From: an uncultured delta proteobacterium
GTDB lineage: Bacteria > Myxococcota > Kuafuiibacteriia > Kuafuiibacteriales > Kuafuiibacteriaceae
NCBI GenBank assembly: GCA_963803435.1
Contig: CAWDML010000007.1
Span: 384,001 to 448,000 of the forward strand
Length of the DNA stretch: 64,000 bases
Direction of reading: 5' to 3'
The translations under genes were made by a program, and so were the position numbers. Under the pieces are notes generated by a model. That model ran no database searches. It had not been told where the DNA came from and saw only the letters and a program-made list of their open reading frames with translations. This document shows, one piece after another, positions 60,233 to 64,000 of this stretch; position 1 is the first letter of the stretch, and each line of letters begins with the position of its first letter.

Positions 60233-60709
60233 CTACCGGCTCAGCGCGTGAACGATGGCGGCCGTCATCTCCGGGCTGTCCGGCGCGACCTTCGAGGGAA
60301 ACGCGCCGAGCACCTGCCCATCCTTTCCCACCACGTACTTGTGGAAGTTCCACTTGGGCTCGGCGTGGTTCTTGGTGAGGAACGCGTAGACGGGAGACTG
60401 TCCCTTGCCCGGCTTGGTCTCGATCTTCGCGAATATCGGAAACGTCACGCCGAACTTCGTCTTGCAGAAGGCCTGGATCTCTTCGGCGGTGCCGGGCTCC
60501 TGGGCCCCGAACTCGTTCGACGGGAAGGCGAGGACGACGACGCCCTTCGTTCCCATCTCCTCGTAGAGCTTCTCGAGCCCATCGTACTGGGGAGTGAATC
60601 CGCACTCGGAGGCGACGTTCACCACCAGCGCCACCTTGCCCTGGTAGATCGAGAGCGGCTGCTCCTCGCCTCCTAGAGTCTTCGCAGTGAGATCGTAGAG
60701 CGACTCCAT
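60233..60709 (-). CDS. Glutathione peroxidase (Cys-type, BtuE-like)
   Basis: NVASECGFTPQY, FPSNEFGAQEPG, PKWNFHKY; AAGGAG RBS. Confidence 0.93.
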   Translation of the reverse strand: MESLYDLTAKTLGGEEQPLSIYQGKVALVVNVASECGFTPQYDGLEKLYEEMGTKGVVVLAFPSNEFGAQEPGTAEEIQAFCKTKFGVTFPIFAKIETKPGKGQSPVYAFLTKNHAEPKWNFHKYVVGKDGQVLGAFPSKVAPDSPEMTAAIVHALSR

Positions 60710-60789
60710 ACTTCTTCTCCTTCGGTCCGGAGCAAAGCACATGCGTTGGTTCGGTGCTACGACGGCCAGGTTTGCTACAATCGTCCCAC

Positions 60790-62079
60790 GTGCGAGCCGT
60801 AGTGGCTCTATTTCTCTGTGGCTGTTCGCCGCTCGTCGAGCTCTACGTCCCGGTGTGGCCGACCGCCGAGCCTGCGGTCGCCGTCTTCACGAACGCGAGC
60901 GGGCAGATCCTCCCCCCTTCGCCGCTGCTCCTCACGCCGCCCGTCCGCGAGCGCATCGTCGTCGAGGCGCCCGGGCTGGCCGTTCACGTGCAGACGTTCG
61001 AGGCCCTCGCGAACCGCGATCTGACCGGCTGCCGAGCGGCGGTGAACGGCGGCGAGGCGCTCGGCCCGCCCGTCGAGTCCTGGAGCTCGGGATTCATCGA
61101 CGGGCCCGGCGAGATCAGCTTCGAGCTCGACGACCCGCCGCGATTGTTCGACCTGCACCTCGACGACTGCGCCGTTCCGCCGCGAAGCTGTGACGTGATC
61201 GCGCACCCGGTCGAAGCCCCTCCCGCCGTCCAGGGCCTTTCGGGCGTCGCGGCGATCTCAGAGCGCGAGGCGATCGCGATCGGCGCCTCCCGCAGCGACG
61301 ACGACCTGCGCACGCTGCTCCTCCGCGGCTTCGGCGACGTCGCGACCGAGCTGGGGCCGTTCGATGCGCTCCGCGGTCGGGGCGGGAACCTCGAGAACGA
61401 CGGTGAGGGTCTCGTGGGCGCGGTGGAGGACCTGGTCTTCCGGCTCGATTACCGGGGGGGTCTCGTCAGCTCGAGCAGCGTGGGCTTCTCCGTCGCCCAC
61501 CTCGACACGGGCGAAGACGGCACGACCATCTTCGCGGGCCAGGGTGGCGAGCTCCGCTCGATGGTGCGCGGAAGCTCCGAGCTCCGCACGCTGGCGCCGC
61601 CGAGCTACGCTTCGTCAGGTCGTGCTCCGCGGGTCGCCGTCGTTCGCGCCGATCTCTTCGATCTCTTCGGCATCGACGGAAGGATCTACGAGTGGGACGG
61701 CGGGTGGCACGAGCTGATGGAACAGCCGATCGGTGCGATCGCCGCAGACGAAGAGACGATCATCATCTTCCCCGACGAAGGCGGCGCGCTCGAGTTCGAT
61801 CGAGACGCTCGCGAGTGGAGACCGCTCGGGCAGATCGTTCAAATGCAGCTCGCGAACGCGGCGGCTCCGCTCGGCGACGGCCGGTACGTATTCGTCGGGC
61901 AGAACGGGCTGGTCGGCTATTTCAACGGCGAGCGCCTGTGCACGGTCGACGCTGGCTCGGTCAACCATCTCGAAGACGTCGACTTCGTACCCGCGCTCGC
62001 ACCGCCCCGCGCCTGGATCGTGGGCGGCCACCACGTGGCACTCGGCGAGCCCACGGTGCTTCGACTGGATCTTCCCTAG
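60790..62079 (+). CDS. Hypothetical beta-propeller lipoprotein
   Basis: LCGC lipobox; blade-like repeats; TACAAT -10 just upstream. Confidence 0.65.
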   Translation: MRAVVALFLCGCSPLVELYVPVWPTAEPAVAVFTNASGQILPPSPLLLTPPVRERIVVEAPGLAVHVQTFEALANRDLTGCRAAVNGGEALGPPVESWSSGFIDGPGEISFELDDPPRLFDLHLDDCAVPPRSCDVIAHPVEAPPAVQGLSGVAAISEREAIAIGASRSDDDLRTLLLRGFGDVATELGPFDALRGRGGNLENDGEGLVGAVEDLVFRLDYRGGLVSSSSVGFSVAHLDTGEDGTTIFAGQGGELRSMVRGSSELRTLAPPSYASSGRAPRVAVVRADLFDLFGIDGRIYEWDGGWHELMEQPIGAIAADEETIIIFPDEGGALEFDRDAREWRPLGQIVQMQLANAAAPLGDGRYVFVGQNGLVGYFNGERLCTVDAGSVNHLEDVDFVPALAPPRAWIVGGHHVALGEPTVLRLDLP

Positions 62080-62146
62080 CCTTCTTGACTCGGGCAGCCG
62101 AGTTCCATAGGCAGACGCCGGCCGATCTCGGCCAGAAGGGGACTCC

Positions 62147-62698
62147 ATGAAAAATCTGATTGCACTCGGTTTTGCGAGCGTCCTGATCGCCGGCACCGCC
62201 TTCGGGCAGGCCTCCGGTCAGAAGAGCGCCCAGCCCGCGACCCCGTCCGGAATGGACATGAGCAAGATGGGCCCTTGGACGCGCAAGGTGAAGAACGAGA
62301 AGGCGCTCAAGAAAGAGATCGAGCAGTTCTTCAAGGAGGAGGACGCGATCGCAAAGAAGGGCGACTTTGCGGCCGCGCTCGCGCGGGTCGACTTCCCGGT
62401 CTACATGGTGACGGACGATGCGAACGGCATGGCGAAGGCCGAGGTCTGGAACCAAGAGAAGTACACCGCGAGCATGAAGCCGTTTTACGAGAACATGCCC
62501 AAAGACGCGAAGACGACCCACAAGCCTTCCATCACCGTGCTGTCCGACTCCTTGGTCAACATCGTCGACGACTTCACGATGAGCATGGGCAAGCAGAAGA
62601 TGTCCGGCCGGAACGCGTCCGTGCTGGTCAAGGTCGACGGAAAGTGGAAGTGGAAGGTGATGGCCGAAGCGGGTTGGGGCGAGCCCGCCGCCAAGTAG
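62147..62698 (+). CDS. Exported NTF2/SnoaL-like (DUF4440-type) protein
   Basis: Signal peptide; KKGDFAAA..., LVKVDGKWK C-terminal strand. Confidence 0.72.
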   Translation: MKNLIALGFASVLIAGTAFGQASGQKSAQPATPSGMDMSKMGPWTRKVKNEKALKKEIEQFFKEEDAIAKKGDFAAALARVDFPVYMVTDDANGMAKAEVWNQEKYTASMKPFYENMPKDAKTTHKPSITVLSDSLVNIVDDFTMSMGKQKMSGRNASVLVKVDGKWKWKVMAEAGWGEPAAK

Positions 62699-62814
62699 GG
62701 CCGAGGCATCCTCGAAAGCCGCTGTCACGCGTATGATGGGAAGCGATGTGTCGCCCACGGGGCGCCGCTCGAGGACCGATTCACTTCGGACGGGACGGGC
62801 CCGACATTGCGTTC

Positions 62815-64000
62815 GTGCGCGTCCCGTGCGCTCCCCTTCTCGTGCTCGTCCTCCTGGCCTGTGACGGTCCGATCGGCCTGTCCCTCGACGCACCCTGGCC
62901 GCACGATGAGACCGCCCTGGTGACGGTCGCCGACAGCTCGGGTGCGCCGATCGGGGGGCGTCCCACGATCATCCGGCCCGGCGACCTGGGGCACCTCACC
63001 TTCGAGCTGTCGGGCAGCGTGCGGATCTCGGTCGATACGTACCCAGCCGCGCTCGGCATCGAGTCCTGCGCCCCGTTCTATGGCGAGGGCGGGCGCGACC
63101 TGCCGAGTCCGAGATCGGTTTGGTCGTCCGGCTTGATCGACCCGACGGCCGTCGATCGGATCGAGCTCAGCCTCGGCGAGGACGCTGCCGCCCCGCCCCT
63201 CCGCGGACGGGACGACTGCCTGCCGGAGGTGAGCCTCTGCGATCGCACCGTCGTCAGCGAGCTCTCTCCTCCCGCGATCGAGGGTGCGATGCTTCATCTC
63301 GCGGTGATTACGGCCGACCTCGCGCTCATCATGACAAACGACCACGAGGTCCTCCTGGTCACACCCGAGGGCGTCACGCTCGTTCCGCCCGATCCAAGGC
63401 TGGTCGGACACCCGTTGAACCTCGTGTACGACCGCACGAGCACGCTGGTCGGCGCCAACTGGGAGACCCAGATGTTCGAGATGGACCGCACCGGCCACGT
63501 CCTCCGCGTCTGGGAGCCGCCGACCCCTCTCCGAGCGCTCAGCGCAGGCGTCGACGGCACGATCCTCGCGCTCTCCGACGACGGAGCGACGCTGGCCGCG
63601 CTGACGGTCGGCTCCACGATCACCGAGCCGCTCGAGGCGCCGGATGGGGGCCTCGAGTCGGTGTACACGGTGCGGCGGGATCTCGCGTTCGGCAGGGATC
63701 GAGCCCATCGCATCTTCTCGTTCGACGGTGCGAGCTGGCGCTTCGAGATCGATCTGACGTTCGTCCCCGACGACATCGCCGCGGATGAGGACAGCGTGCT
63801 GATCTTGCAGTCGATCGAGCTGCCCTATCTCCGTGACGCCTCCGGGCAATGGCGGGACCTGCCGCTGCCCCCGGCGATCGACGCGAGTGCGGCTCCCGTG
63901 GCGGGCGAGCGCTATCTCATCGTCGGCTCCGGCGGCCGCGCCGGGATCCTGGATCGAGGATCCTGGTGCGGGCTCCCGACGCCGGTCGGGTCCGACCTGG
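62815..64000 (+). CDS. Hypothetical beta-propeller lipoprotein, paralog of 60790-62079, truncated by window end
   Basis: VRVPCAPLLVLVLLAC..; frame appears open to window end; shares WP, WSSG.ID, DDC...CD and AAP..GRY..VG motifs. Confidence 0.68.
   Translation, partial: MRVPCAPLLVLVLLACDGPIGLSLDAPWPHDETALVTVADSSGAPIGGRPTIIRPGDLGHLTFELSGSVRISVDTYPAALGIESCAPFYGEGGRDLPSPRSVWSSGLIDPTAVDRIELSLGEDAAAPPLRGRDDCLPEVSLCDRTVVSELSPPAIEGAMLHLAVITADLALIMTNDHEVLLVTPEGVTLVPPDPRLVGHPLNLVYDRTSTLVGANWETQMFEMDRTGHVLRVWEPPTPLRALSAGVDGTILALSDDGATLAALTVGSTITEPLEAPDGGLESVYTVRRDLAFGRDRAHRIFSFDGASWRFEIDLTFVPDDIAADEDSVLILQSIELPYLRDASGQWRDLPLPPAIDASAAPVAGERYLIVGSGGRAGILDRGSWCGLPTPVGSDL

Noticed and set aside
60233-60709. 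Selenocysteine glutathione peroxidase
   Set aside because: Active-site codon is TGC (Cys).
1-64000. CRISPR array, cas genes, tRNA or rRNA
   Set aside because: No regularly spaced repeat-spacer array or recognisable structural RNA gene was seen by eye; not checked computationally.

Overview
GC-rich window that looks myxobacterial (many Ser/Thr kinases, Cys-rich repeat lipoproteins, DAG-rich linkers). Family assignments come from motif recognition, not database searches. 1-5.2 kb is a decayed mobile/defence patch: ExeA-like ATPase coupled to an AAA_25 helicase-like ATPase next to a probable transposon end, an IS21 remnant, a coupled gene pair ending in a T5orf172/GIY-YIG nuclease, and an integrase fragment. 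17.16-24.39 kb is a three-layer nest: an IS1182-family element (probably carrying a four-helix-bundle passenger gene) is interrupted by an IS66 element with an 8-bp TSD, whose tnpC is interrupted by an antisense group II intron. 24.4-32.6 kb is a lytic-enzyme cluster (S1 protease, two NlpC/P60 proteins sharing an unannotated non-Sec leader, PL7 lyase). It also contains a hidden UxxC selenoprotein with a SECIS hairpin, and a TTAC-N9-GTAA palindrome at matching positions upstream of three genes. The rest encodes exported lipoproteins, kinase modules, a sigma54 promoter upstream of a two-component cluster, and housekeeping-type enzymes. Several otherwise intact genes carry single-base frameshifts that may be sequencing errors.
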